A stretch of DNA of 64,000 nucleotides, filler included, from an uncultured Methanosarcinales archaeon (GCA_964566535.1; 6 parts of 6 records of this genome joined end to end with filler, not necessarily neighbours in it); one strand, 5' to 3'; positions 52,638 to 62,678 are shown, numbered from the whole stretch's first letter. Notes: generated by a model from the sequence alone, not told the origin. Made by a program: numbers and translations.

Positions 52638-52682
52638 CTATTACATACTATTACATACTATTACATACTTAGTATGTAATAG
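52638..52682. promoter_or_regulatory. Tandem 10-bp repeats ending in a palindrome; putative operator
   Basis: (CTATTACATA)x3 and CTATTACATACT-T-AGTATGTAATAG. Confidence 0.5.
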
Positions 52683-52683
52683 G

Positions 52684-52890
52684 TTATTTATTGAAACATG
52701 GAGTTACTAGGCACCTTACTTTGACTTTATTGGTTGGTGTGCCTTCAATGTGGATTCTTCCGTAGTTGCTGATTGTTTTGTTGATTGTGATGAGACCTCC
52801 ATCTGAGTTGTTTATATAGAGATCATTTCCTTCTAAATCGGTAGCGGTGTTGACTGTACAGTTGCTTAGAGCATCTATGTACCAGTCTCC
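52684..52890 (-). pseudogene. Start-less C-terminal gene fragment
   Basis: Reads GDWYIDALSNCTVNTATDLEGNDLYINNS...VRCLVTPCFNK*. In-frame TGA just upstream and no start codon. Confidence 0.5.
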
Positions 52891-52942
52891 TTTTAGTATA
52901 TAAATAGTAACTAATCATACGACGCAAAATAAACGTAGACTT

Positions 52943-53182
52943 TCATTTTTTCTGTTCATTTTTAATGGATATAAACTCACTAACTACCTCATTTATAGAC
53001 ATCTCTTGTCCTTCAACTATCTCAAACTTATAGTAATCTGTCCCGTCAATAGTTACTTCTTTTGCAGTGTATTTATCAGTTGTTCTGAGAGGCAGGTATA
53101 TGTGGGCCATAAACAGGTCCTTTTTAGCAGTAACTAACAAAACCATTAATAATAGCATTATTATTAGTGTTGCTTTTTTCAT
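52943..53182 (-). CDS. Small secreted protein
   Basis: MKKATLIIMLLLMVLLVTA signal peptide. Starts 1 nt after the upstream stop. Confidence 0.65.
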   Translation of the reverse strand: MKKATLIIMLLLMVLLVTAKKDLFMAHIYLPLRTTDKYTAKEVTIDGTDYYKFEIVEGQEMSINEVVSEFISIKNEQKK

Positions 53183-53183
53183 T

Positions 53184-54076
53184 TTATCCTGTCCATTCTA
53201 TTCTGAAACTTGACGCATCTACAATAGTAAATATATCTTCATACCCACCACCAACTTCAGTACATTCTACTTGCAACTTATCATTTGCTGCCATCTCAAC
53301 ATCAAATAATTTACTTGCACATGTTTCTCCATCTCCGTCCCATCTACTATAACCAAAAGAATCAGAACCTGTTACTTCTACTGAATTTAAAGATAAGTAA
53401 CAATTTGGTGTTACTCTATTATTATTTGCATCGTTATGGTCTATACATACACTAAAATATGCTGTGTACCAGCCAGGTTCTGAAACAGTTACGTTTGAAT
53501 TATCACCAGTTGTTGAATGTGTATAAAAAGAACCTTCTCTTAATTCAGTATCAAATGGTATAGCCACTGGCCCTGAAGCAGAAGTTGGAATTTGTAATCC
53601 CCCTGTTCCGTCATAAGCAGAGAAGATATTTCTTCCGCCATATAGTGTTCCAGTTAGATTAATACCACCCCTAACTTCTAACTTCTGTGAGATTTTATCA
53701 GTGCTAGTTCCAATACCCATATTACCATCTGTATCAAAGACTGTGTGGATAGCAGAACCCCCTCCCCTTAATACCCTTAGACTTCCACCAGTCATATGTG
53801 GTCCAATCCTCATTAGTTTATTATCAAAATCAACGCCTATAAATCCTGCATTAGTATCATCTTCATTAGCAAATACCAATAATGAAGAATAATTTAAACC
53901 TGCCATTATACTTATCCCTGCTGCTGTGTTGTCCTCAACCAGAAATTCGTCTGCGTTGGAGTGTAATGATATAGAACCAGCATCCCCGCTTGTTACGTGA
54001 AGTTTAGCTTCAGGAGTTTGTGTTCCGATTCCTACGTTGCCATTTGAATCTTTAATAAAATCTACGTTTCCATCAG
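53184..54076 (-). CDS. Fibre-like protein C-terminus with GNVGIGT repeats and C1q/BclA-like head, 5'-truncated
   Basis: Frame is open from the contig edge (SNGNVGIGTQTPEAKLHV). AIPFDT...VTVSEPGWY...MAANDKLQV...SSFRIEWTG pattern. Confidence 0.72.
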
Positions 54077-54176
54077 NNNNNNNNNNNNNNNNNNNNNNNN
54101 NNNNNNNNNNNNNNNNNNNNTTAATTAATTAANNNNNNNNNNNNNNNNNNNNNNNNNNNNNNNNNNNNNNNNNNNN
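54077..54176. other. Artificial contig linker
   Basis: N-run + TTAATTAATTAA + N-run. Confidence 0.98.
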
Positions 54177-54194
54177 GGCCTTAGGACTATTGAA

Positions 54195-54836
54195 ATGGGT
54201 TATGCTACATTAAGGGTTGCTGCTATAGCTGGGTTACCCTATTTTCCAGGCGTTACACACGTGGTTCCTGTTTACGATAAGAGAGAATTTGATGATGCAA
54301 GATCAAGAGAATTTGATGATTTATTGACTGAATATGCTAGGGCCCATGCAGGGGACTTCAATGGTGTTATAGATAAAGGAACAGAATTAGAAAGAGCAAA
54401 AAAGGATTATACTAAAGCGGTTCTTGGACTAACTACAATTGAGGCATTAGGTCAAATTGATCCAAGTTATGATGCAGGACATATATTTGTTGTTACACCT
54501 AGTGGAGTTTATGAGGCACATCTTGATTATGGATTACAAGTTTCGGCAGTACTTAAAAGCGAGGGATTAACTCGAGCAGATTTTGGTGATAAAACAAATA
54601 CAGCTGAGTTTGCAGAATCTGGTTTTAGAGAAGCTTTGGGTGGTAGGGAAGTGAATGTCTATGTTGCTAGGAATGATTCGACTGCTGTACCTTATGTTGA
54701 TGTAGCTGCTGGTGCTACAGTAGCAGTGGTTAAACAGATAGAAGAAGCAAGAAAGGAAGCTGAGGATGCTAAGGAAGTTCCAGAAAGACTAGCTGATAAG
54801 GTTAGGACAGCTTTTGAACAAACTAGAAGGGGATAA
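54195..54836 (+). CDS. Hypothetical protein (possibly 5'-truncated)
   Basis: ORF at the contig start, followed by a T-tract. Confidence 0.65.
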   Translation: MGYATLRVAAIAGLPYFPGVTHVVPVYDKREFDDARSREFDDLLTEYARAHAGDFNGVIDKGTELERAKKDYTKAVLGLTTIEALGQIDPSYDAGHIFVVTPSGVYEAHLDYGLQVSAVLKSEGLTRADFGDKTNTAEFAESGFREALGGREVNVYVARNDSTAVPYVDVAAGATVAVVKQIEEARKEAEDAKEVPERLADKVRTAFEQTRRG

Positions 54837-54888
54837 TTTTTTCTTTTTTTACTATAAATTTATAAAGATTTATTCTTTTTAGATTCTT

Positions 54889-55668
54889 ATGATACTGACA
54901 GATGTACACTCTCATTTAGATCATCCTAAGTTTAATGATTTGGATGAGGTTATTGCAAGGGCAAAGGAAGCCGGGGTTAAGGTTATAGTTAGTAATGGGA
55001 TTAATCCGGAGACTAACAGAAGAGTGTTGGAACTTTCTAAGAAATATGATATTGTTAAAGCTGCTCTTGGGGTATATCCAGTTATGCAGTTGAAGAGGGA
55101 GATTTCTGAAGGTAGTTATCCTTTGAAGAATGTTGAGTTTTCAGTGGATGATGAGTTAAAGTTTATTGAGAAGAATAAAAGTAAAATAGTTGCAATTGGT
55201 GAATGTGGCTTGGATGGTATTGATAAGAAATGGATGGCTGAGCAGAAGGATGTTTTTGAGAAGCAGATTAAGCTTGCTAAGAAATTGGGGAAACCTATTA
55301 TTGTTCATTCACGGAAGGCTGAGGAGGATGCTGTTGATATGTTGGAGGAAGCTGGTGTGAGGAAGGTTGTTTTACATTGTTTTAGTGGGAAGAAGAGCTT
55401 AGTTAAAAGGGCTGCTGAGCTTGGCTATAGTTTTTCAATTCCAACTAATGTTGTTTTTTCTGAGCATTTTCAGAATGTTGTTAAGGAAGTTAATATTAAT
55501 CAGTTGTTTACGGAAACTGATGCTCCTTATTTAGGGCCATTTAAGGGAAAAAGGAATGAGCCTGCTAATATTATTGAGGGTGTGAAGAAAATTGCTTCTA
55601 TAAAGGGATTTGAGGTTGAGGAAGTAGCAAATAATATTTGGATGAATTATCAGAAGTTATTTTCCTAA
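54889..55668 (+). CDS. tatD: TatD-family hydrolase/nuclease
   Basis: DVHSHL, AIGECGLD, IIVHSRKAE, LHCFSG, TETDAPYL and RNEP motifs. Confidence 0.95.
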   Translation: MILTDVHSHLDHPKFNDLDEVIARAKEAGVKVIVSNGINPETNRRVLELSKKYDIVKAALGVYPVMQLKREISEGSYPLKNVEFSVDDELKFIEKNKSKIVAIGECGLDGIDKKWMAEQKDVFEKQIKLAKKLGKPIIVHSRKAEEDAVDMLEEAGVRKVVLHCFSGKKSLVKRAAELGYSFSIPTNVVFSEHFQNVVKEVNINQLFTETDAPYLGPFKGKRNEPANIIEGVKKIASIKGFEVEEVANNIWMNYQKLFS

Positions 55669-55920
55669 AGGTTTGAAAAAAGTAGAATGTCCCCATTGGA
55701 TTAATAAGTCAACTTTCTGTTTCTTTAAGTCAGGAATATCGCAAGCTCCAAAGCATGAGCCTAACCATATTAGAACGTTGGTTTTAGTTTCTTTTTCTAT
55801 TTGGTCTTTTATTTTATTTGCTTCTGGTTTTAAGCCATCTGGTAGTTGGATACATACTAATTTAGCCCTATGTTTCTTTATTTCTTTTACTGCTTTTTCT
55901 AATTCTAGGTTGTATTGCAT
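55657..55920 (-). CDS. Stand-alone N-terminal domain of diphthamide synthesis protein Dph2
   Basis: VCIQLPDGLK, SCFGACD and LLIQWGHS motifs, in only 87 aa. Confidence 0.82.
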   Translation of the reverse strand: MQYNLELEKAVKEIKKHRAKLVCIQLPDGLKPEANKIKDQIEKETKTNVLIWLGSCFGACDIPDLKKQKVDLLIQWGHSTFFKPLGK

Positions 55921-55960
55921 TGTATAGAATAAGTTAGGGGTTTATTTAAACGTTTGTGTT

Positions 55961-56323
55961 CTAATTAAGTTGGAGTAAGTAATCATCTATGCACATGGTA
56001 TCGGCATTTCTGCAAGCTAATGGTGTCCTATCTTTTCTTGTTCTTGATAATTCTATTTCAACATGGTCATCTAGATCATCCATAAATGCCCTTGCATATT
56101 CTAACCTAATTTCAATTTCTTCTCTTTTAGTATCTTTAGGTTGTTGACCATAATCTCCATTTAATATGCCTTTATACAGCCCTATTGCAGAAATAATCAA
56201 CCTGTATGCATTAACTATGTCTCGTTGTTTGTAACAGAAATCTGCTACATGGTATCTTGCATCTGCTATAATTGCTGCCTTCTCAGAATCTAATGGTTTA
56301 TTATGTATGTGGCCAAGGTCCAT
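55961..56323 (-). CDS. Hypothetical protein
   Basis: 120-aa ORF; no motif recognised. Confidence 0.55.
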   Translation of the reverse strand: MDLGHIHNKPLDSEKAAIIADARYHVADFCYKQRDIVNAYRLIISAIGLYKGILNGDYGQQPKDTKREEIEIRLEYARAFMDDLDDHVEIELSRTRKDRTPLACRNADTMCIDDYLLQLN

Positions 56324-56400
56324 TATAATAGTTGGAGGTTGACTAGGTTATTAAATTTAACTGAAGAAAAAGTTAATATTTTTTGGAGTTACCTTAATTA

Positions 56401-57186
56401 TTATCTCTTTTGTCTTTTGTAGTTTCTGAACCCTTGTTGTTGTGCAGGTGTAATTGTTGCATATTCTCCAAGGGCATCTTTCCAGTCGGTTCTTGCCATT
56501 ACCCTTACTGTATTCAATCCGTGTTTGTTAGGTCTTGCTTTATCAAGTGGGTTTCCACTTGGACCAATTCTATATTCGGTGGCTGCTATTCCAACTGAGT
56601 GAGGGTCATCCAATACTGGTTCTCCCCATGGTTTTCTATGGTCTCTTCTTAGAAGCCATTTTAGATACATTGAGACATATCTGGCATTTTCATCTGGTTC
56701 ACCCAATAGGGGTGTGATCTCATTAATTCGTTTAGGTAGACTTTCATACCTTCTGCTCATATGGTATGCTGTTACTACATTAATTTGGCCAGGTCCTAGG
56801 CTAGCGTTTCTATCAAAAAAATCCCCAGGAAGGTTAAGTGCAAATCTACCAATTCCATCTTTTATGTCATCTATCTTATTCCTACCTTCATTATGTTCAA
56901 TAATTACTGCAGCGACCACTTCAGGAGGTATGTTATATTTATTTGCGGCACTTGCTATATCTTCTTGATATTGTCTAATAAATTCTAATGGAACTTCTGC
57001 TTCCGGTACTGGGTTGTCTAAATGTCTTTCTAGATTATCTGATGGAGGTGCTGCTAAATCTATTAATTTTGTAGTTCCCCATAATACTAGTCCAGCTAGT
57101 CCGAGTGCGGCTATTCTTCTTCCGCGCTTGCTTTTTCCTGTTTTTTTAGGGGGTGTGTGACTTACCCCGTGGTTATAGCTTAACAT
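56401..57186 (-). CDS. Membrane-anchored lysozyme-like / lytic transglycosylase-fold protein
   Basis: YQEDIASAANKYNIPPEVVAAVIIE, ASLGPGQINV and LGEPDENARYVSMYL motifs. N-terminal basic stretch + TM. Confidence 0.65.
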   Translation of the reverse strand: MLSYNHGVSHTPPKKTGKSKRGRRIAALGLAGLVLWGTTKLIDLAAPPSDNLERHLDNPVPEAEVPLEFIRQYQEDIASAANKYNIPPEVVAAVIIEHNEGRNKIDDIKDGIGRFALNLPGDFFDRNASLGPGQINVVTAYHMSRRYESLPKRINEITPLLGEPDENARYVSMYLKWLLRRDHRKPWGEPVLDDPHSVGIAATEYRIGPSGNPLDKARPNKHGLNTVRVMARTDWKDALGEYATITPAQQQGFRNYKRQKR

Positions 57187-57219
57187 TTTTTAGAAAAGGA
57201 TCACCTCGATTTCTTAGAG

Positions 57220-57351
57220 TTATAGATCGTTGAATATCTCATCCATTTCAAAATCATCTATTTTGTCCTTATTTATAGATTTTTTGAAGGATTTTCTACT
57301 AATTTCCTTTCGTTTTCTTAGTTCTTCTAGAGTTTTGTCGTCTTCAAACAT
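57220..57351 (-). CDS. Small hypothetical protein (43 aa)
   Basis: MFEDDKTLEELRKRKEISRK...EIFNDL. GAGGT RBS. Overlaps the upstream stop. Confidence 0.5.
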   Translation of the reverse strand: MFEDDKTLEELRKRKEISRKSFKKSINKDKIDDFEMDEIFNDL

Positions 57352-57553
57352 TTTGGTTACCTCTGAACTCGTTGTTTTGGTTAGGTCCTCTATTGAATTT
57401 TAGATGTCTTATTTCTTGTTTTAGAGTTTGAACTTGTTTCTCTAGTTCATACTGCTTAGTATCTAAAGCTACTATCCAGTCTGAAACAGACTTCTTTAGC
57501 TTTTCAAAATTGTTCAATGTCTTTCTTAATGCTAATTGTTCGAATGAATTCAT
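57344..57553 (-). CDS. Small coiled-coil protein
   Basis: 69 aa with a heptad pattern. TTTATA box upstream. Confidence 0.55.
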   Translation of the reverse strand: MNSFEQLALRKTLNNFEKLKKSVSDWIVALDTKQYELEKQVQTLKQEIRHLKFNRGPNQNNEFRGNQNV

Positions 57554-57681
57554 TTTATTACTACTTTTTAGTAGTAGTTCCCCTATATAAATCTTTCGGT
57601 TTTTGGTTTCTTACGTGGTAAAGTTAAGCCTTGCTATGTTTTTAGAAATGTTTTTATACCACAAGTAGATTAGTATGTAAT

Positions 57682-58974
57682 ATGTTAGATATCAAATTTA
57701 TTAGGGAAAATGCTGATCTAGTGAAGAAAGACTTAGAGAAAAGGGATGACCATGAGAAGGTTAAATGGGTTGATGAGGTTCTTCAGAATGATAAGAGATA
57801 TAGGGATTTATTGCAGGAATCTCAGAAATTAAGGCATGATAGGAACATTATTACTCAGGAAATCAACGAATTACGAAAGCAAGGGGGAGATATTTCTCCT
57901 AAATTGAAGCTTGCTAAGGCTTTGCCAGGTAAGATTAAGAAGGCTGAAGAGGATACCCTGGAAATTAAGGAGAAATTGAAGTATTATTTGATGAGGATTC
58001 CTAATATTTTGCATAAATCGGTGCCATTTGGAACTGACGATACTGGTAATAAGACTGTTAGGACATTTGGTAAGAAGCCTAAGTTTGATTTTAAGCTTAA
58101 GGACCATAGTACGATTATTGAGGATCTTGGAATGGCTAATTTTGATGATGCAGCTAAGGTTTCTGGTAATGGTTTTTATTATTTAATGGGGGACTTAGCA
58201 CTTCTTGATTTAGCTTTGATGAGGTTTGCTATTGATATTTTAGTTAAGGATGGATATACTTTGGTTGAGCCTCCGCTTATGGTTAGGAAGAAGCCGTATG
58301 AGGGAGTTACTGATTTGGCTGATTTTGAGACTATGATGTATAAGATAGATGGAGAAGACCTTTATCTGATTGCTACGTCTGAACATCCAATTGCAGCTAT
58401 GAATATGAACAAGACTTTTGATGAAAGTGAGTTGCCACTAAAGTATTGTGGGGTAAGTCCTTGTTTTAGGAAAGAGATTGGAAGTCATGGTATTGATACT
58501 AAAGGGTTATTTAGGGTTCATCAGTTTAACAAGATAGAGCAGTTTGTTTTTTGCAAGCCGGAAGATTCATGGAAGTTACATGAGGAATTGATAGCTAATG
58601 CAGAGACCATATTTCAGAAGCTTAAATTGCCTTATAGGGTAGTTAATATCTGTACTGGTGATATTGGTATTGTTGCTGCTAAGAAGTATGACTTAGAGGT
58701 TTATATGCCTAGGGAGAATAAGTACAGAGAAGTTGTGTCATGTTCTAATTGTACAGGATATCAAGCTACTCGGCTTAATATTAAGTATCGTAAGGGTGGA
58801 GAGAAGGAATATATGCATACTTTGAATTCAACTGCAATTGCCACTGGTAGGGCTCTTAGGGCTATAATTGAGAATTATCAGCAGAAGGATGGAAGTGTTA
58901 AGATTCCCGCGGTTTTGGTTCCATATATGAATGGAATTAAGAAGTTGAGTTTGTCTGAGCAGAAGAAGGAATAA
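57682..58974 (+). CDS. serS: Seryl-tRNA synthetase
   Basis: MLDIKFIREN, LIATSEHP, FRKEIGSHG...GLFRVHQFNKIE, EVVSCSNC and HTLNSTAIA motifs. Confidence 0.97.
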   Translation: MLDIKFIRENADLVKKDLEKRDDHEKVKWVDEVLQNDKRYRDLLQESQKLRHDRNIITQEINELRKQGGDISPKLKLAKALPGKIKKAEEDTLEIKEKLKYYLMRIPNILHKSVPFGTDDTGNKTVRTFGKKPKFDFKLKDHSTIIEDLGMANFDDAAKVSGNGFYYLMGDLALLDLALMRFAIDILVKDGYTLVEPPLMVRKKPYEGVTDLADFETMMYKIDGEDLYLIATSEHPIAAMNMNKTFDESELPLKYCGVSPCFRKEIGSHGIDTKGLFRVHQFNKIEQFVFCKPEDSWKLHEELIANAETIFQKLKLPYRVVNICTGDIGIVAAKKYDLEVYMPRENKYREVVSCSNCTGYQATRLNIKYRKGGEKEYMHTLNSTAIATGRALRAIIENYQQKDGSVKIPAVLVPYMNGIKKLSLSEQKKE

Positions 58975-59014
58975 TTGGTTAGGTAGTGTTTGATTGTTAA
59001 AAAAGAGGTTTAGA

Positions 59015-59323
59015 ATGAAGATCCATTCATTGGTTTACATTATAGTCGGGATTGTAGTCTCAAGTTATGGATGGACTTATAATATTAACACTAGTTCTAA
59101 TAAGATGATAATGTTTTTTTATATTGGGATTGGGATGATATTTTATGGGTTGATTATGATGATTGTGTTTAGGGGGAAGAAGGAAGTTAAGACAAATGCT
59201 GAAAAGCCTGTTAATTTTGCTGCTAGATGTCCAAGATGCGGTTTACAGTTGAATGTTTTTGATAACTTTTGTTCTAAGTGTGGGAATTATTTGAAACAGC
59301 AGCATACCGTTCATCATAGATAA
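59015..59323 (+). CDS. Two-TM membrane protein with C-terminal zinc ribbon
   Basis: GAGGT RBS, two hydrophobic helices, CPRCG...FCSKCG. Confidence 0.75.
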   Translation: MKIHSLVYIIVGIVVSSYGWTYNINTSSNKMIMFFYIGIGMIFYGLIMMIVFRGKKEVKTNAEKPVNFAARCPRCGLQLNVFDNFCSKCGNYLKQQHTVHHR

Positions 59324-59344
59324 TTGGTTTTTGATGTGGCAACG

Positions 59345-59623
59345 TTAGGTGGGAGGTATTGTATATCCGCTCATACGTTCTTCAAGTTCAGCTGTATCAA
59401 TTCTTCCACGGGCGTAGGCGTCACAATGAGAGAAGGCTATACCAGATTCATCTTGAGGTACTTCGAAGACTTCTAGAGTTAGATATCCTAGGCGTGTTCC
59501 TTGGTCTAAGTCTGCTTCAAATTTTTCTCGTGTTGGTTTTAGTCTTGCACATAGAGAACCATTGTCTGTACTTTGAGTTACATAAACAAAAATAGAACTA
59601 TCTCTTTCTGGAGTATCGCGCAT
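59345..59623 (-). CDS. Hypothetical protein
   Basis: 92-aa ORF filling the gap, divergent from cdc6. Confidence 0.5.
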   Translation of the reverse strand: MRDTPERDSSIFVYVTQSTDNGSLCARLKPTREKFEADLDQGTRLGYLTLEVFEVPQDESGIAFSHCDAYARGRIDTAELEERMSGYTIPPT

Positions 59624-59724
59624 TATTATTATATGTGGGTGTTGAATTATTTAAACTTTTTGATGATTTGAGGATTTTAAGCAAAACAAATATAAAGTGG
59701 ATGATTTTACTACTATTTGAAAAA

Positions 59725-60798
59725 ATGGGTAATTTGTTTAAAGATATGCTAGCATCTAATCAGACTTTGTTTAAGGATGAAACTGCTTTAAGTTATGATT
59801 TTATTCCTAAATTGATGCCTTATAGGGAAGTGCAGCAAAGACATATTGCTTCTTGTATAAAGCCCATGTTTCAGGGGAGGAGTGGTCGGAATCTGTTCAT
59901 TTATGGGGCGCCAGGTATTGGGAAGACTGTTGCTTGTAAACACATATTCAATGAGTTAGAGGAAGAGACTGAAGATATACTTCCAATCTATATTAATTGC
60001 TGGCAGAAGAATACTTCTCATAAAATTATTTTAGAGATTTGTGATGTTTTAGGGTATAAATTAACACACAATAAGTCTACGGACGAGTTAGTTGAGGATA
60101 TTAAGGAAACGTTGAATGAGAAAGCTATTGTTTTTGCGTTTGATGAGATAGATAAGGTGGAGGATTTTGATTTTTTGTATACTTTGCTTGAAGAGATTAA
60201 TAAGAAGGCGGTTTTTTTGATAACTAACTATAAAACTTGGTTTGATGAGTTGGAGGATAGGATAAAGTCAAGATTAATGGCTGAAGCAATTGAGTTTAAG
60301 CATTATAATTATCATGAAACTAAAGGGATATTGCAGCATAGAAAAGAGTATGCTTTTTATCCAGGTATATGGGATGATAAGGCGTTTGAGCTTGTTGTTG
60401 GGAGGACTGCTAAGCTGCAGGATATTAGACTTGGTCTTTATTTATTGAAGGAAGCTGGAATGATTGCTGAGAATGTTTCTTCAAAGAATATTTTGGAAGA
60501 ACATACAAAGAAAGCTATTGAGAAGATTGATGAGTTTACTACTAAGGATGAAGCTGGGTTGAATAAGGAAGAGAAATTTATCCTGGAGATTATTCGGGGG
60601 CAACCTAATATGAAAATGGGGGAGTTGTTTAAGAAATATCAGCAGAAAGGTGGGAGTTTAAGCTATAAATCATTTCAGAGGAAGATAAATGTACTTTATG
60701 AGAATAGATTTGTAGTTTTAGAGAAAACTGGTGGTGGGAAGGGTGGGAATGTAACTATAGTTAAATTGTTGCAGATAAAGGAATTGACTGATTTCTGA
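59725..60798 (+). CDS. cdc6: Orc1/Cdc6 AAA+ replication initiator family protein
   Basis: LFKDETALSYDFIP..MPYRE, GAPGIGKT, YINC, FDEID and RIKSRL motifs, C-terminal wHTH. Likely start is MGNLF. Confidence 0.92.
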   Translation: MGNLFKDMLASNQTLFKDETALSYDFIPKLMPYREVQQRHIASCIKPMFQGRSGRNLFIYGAPGIGKTVACKHIFNELEEETEDILPIYINCWQKNTSHKIILEICDVLGYKLTHNKSTDELVEDIKETLNEKAIVFAFDEIDKVEDFDFLYTLLEEINKKAVFLITNYKTWFDELEDRIKSRLMAEAIEFKHYNYHETKGILQHRKEYAFYPGIWDDKAFELVVGRTAKLQDIRLGLYLLKEAGMIAENVSSKNILEEHTKKAIEKIDEFTTKDEAGLNKEEKFILEIIRGQPNMKMGELFKKYQQKGGSLSYKSFQRKINVLYENRFVVLEKTGGGKGGNVTIVKLLQIKELTDF

Positions 60799-60799
60799 G

Positions 60800-62678
60800 T
60801 TAAAGTGTTTTTATTTTTATGTAGATGTTGCTAAGTCTATCATGAGCTTGTCTTTTGTCTTCAGGAGGCAGTTTAAGATAGATTTCTCTTGCTTGCTTGT
60901 AAATTTTGATTAGGGCTGATTTGTCTTTGTTTTTGAACAGTTCTTCTGTTTGCTCTGTTAATTCATTGAACTCTTCGATATCGTTTTTCACATGTAGTGT
61001 TTTTTTGAAGAATTCTTCTGGTTGTTCCTGGGTTTTAGGGGTAATTGCGGGATCTATCTGTTTTCTTCTGAATATTTTTTTGAAGAGACCTTTTCTTTCT
61101 TCATCAAGCTTATACTTGATATTTTCTCTATCTTGTTCTTTAATCTTAAGACCTAATTCTATTTTTTCTATTTTTTCATCATCTAGCTTTTGATGTTGTT
61201 TGAATCTTTCTTCCTCTTCTTTTTTTCTTTCTATTGTTTTTTCTAATTTCTTTTGTTCCTCTTCTAGTTTTGTAATTTCGTATTTGTCTTTTATGGCCTC
61301 AGCTTTTTTGTTGTAATCTGTTGTTAGTTGTTCTTCTTTAGTTTCCAGGCTGTCTAATTTTTCTTTTGCTTTCTTGTTTAATCTTTTTTCTGCTAAGTTC
61401 TTCTTAGTTAGAAGTTCCTTTTCTTTCCACTCCTGCATCTTTTTCATTTCTTTTGCAGGGAGGCCTTTTAGGCTTATCTTTAGCTCTTCTAATGCTTTGT
61501 TTCTAATGTCTTCTTGTTCTTGGTCGAAACTTCCTTTTCCTGTCTTTTGTTCTTCTATTAGCTGTTGTTTTTGAGCTTTGATATTCTCTTTTTCTGTGCT
61601 AAGCCAATCCTTTAGTTCTTTTAGTTCGTCTGCTTCCTGTCTCTCTTTTTCTAATATAGTATTTTCTTCTTCTTTTATTTCTTCGATTTCTTTTTCTTTT
61701 TCAGAGAATAATATTGAGAACTTCTTTTTGTCTGTTTGGAGGTCTTTGATCTTTAATTCTTGTTCTTTGATTGTATCTTCTAACTTTTGGATTCCTGCTC
61801 TTGTTGCTTTTATTTTGTTAAGTCTTTTTTGTTTTTCTGCTTCTTCTAATGCTTTGTTTTCTCTTTCTTTTTGTCTCTTTACTTCATCTAGTTCTTTTTG
61901 TTTCTTTAGTTCCTGTAGTTTCTTCTTTTCTTCGATCTTATTTATCCTTTCTAATTCCTTTTGGTGTTTTAGCTCTTCTCCTCTTTTTTGTTCTTCTAAT
62001 TCTTCTAGTCTTTTTTGTTCTTCTATCTTTTGTTTTTCCTCTATTCTTTTTTGTCTTTCTAACTCTTTTTGTTTATTTTCTTGTTCTATTCTTTCTTCCT
62101 CCTGTTCTTTTAGTTTTCTTTCAAGCTCTATTCTTTTTTCTTTTTCTCTTAGTTTTCTTTTTAGTTCCTTTTGCTTCTTCCTTTCTTCCCTTATCTTTTC
62201 TTTTTCTCTTTGTTTTTGTAGTTTTTCTTTTTCTCTTTGTTTTTCTCTTTGAGCTTTAAGTTTGATTCTTGCTTCTTTTTCATTTAGTCTTATTTCTTCC
62301 TGTTTCTTTTCTTCTAATTCTTTCTGCCTTTCTTCCTCTTTTCCTCTTTTCTCATTTTCTATCTCTTGTTTTTTTAGTTCTTTTTGTCTCTTTGCTTCTT
62401 CAATTGCTTGTTGTTTTGCTAACTCTTCTTGTTTCTTTTGATCTTCAATTGCTTTTATCCTGTCTAATTCTTCTTGCTCCTTTTGTTGTTCTAGTTCTAT
62501 TTGTTTTTGTTTTTCTAACTCTATTTGTTTGGTTTTCTCTTCTTCTATCCTTTGTCTTTCTTCTATTCTTTGTTGTCTTTCAAGTTCTTTTTGTGCCCTT
62601 GCTTCCCCTATCTGTTGTTTCTTTTCTTCAATTGCTTGTTGTTTTGCTAACTCTTCTTGTTTCTTTTGATCTTCAATT
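60800..62678 (-). CDS. C-terminal part of a K/E/Q-rich coiled-coil protein, 5'-truncated
   Basis: The frame stays open upstream of the track start (61447) where checked, and EELDRI at 62456 is in the same frame. Repeats are shared with 45179-45350. Confidence 0.78.

Noticed and set aside
59345..59724. Replication origin next to cdc6
   Set aside because: No repeated ORB-like boxes or long AT-rich intergenic region recognised.
59635..59724. Longer cdc6 start from the ORF track
   Set aside because: The extension covers promoter-like AT-rich sequence. Family similarity starts near MGNLF.
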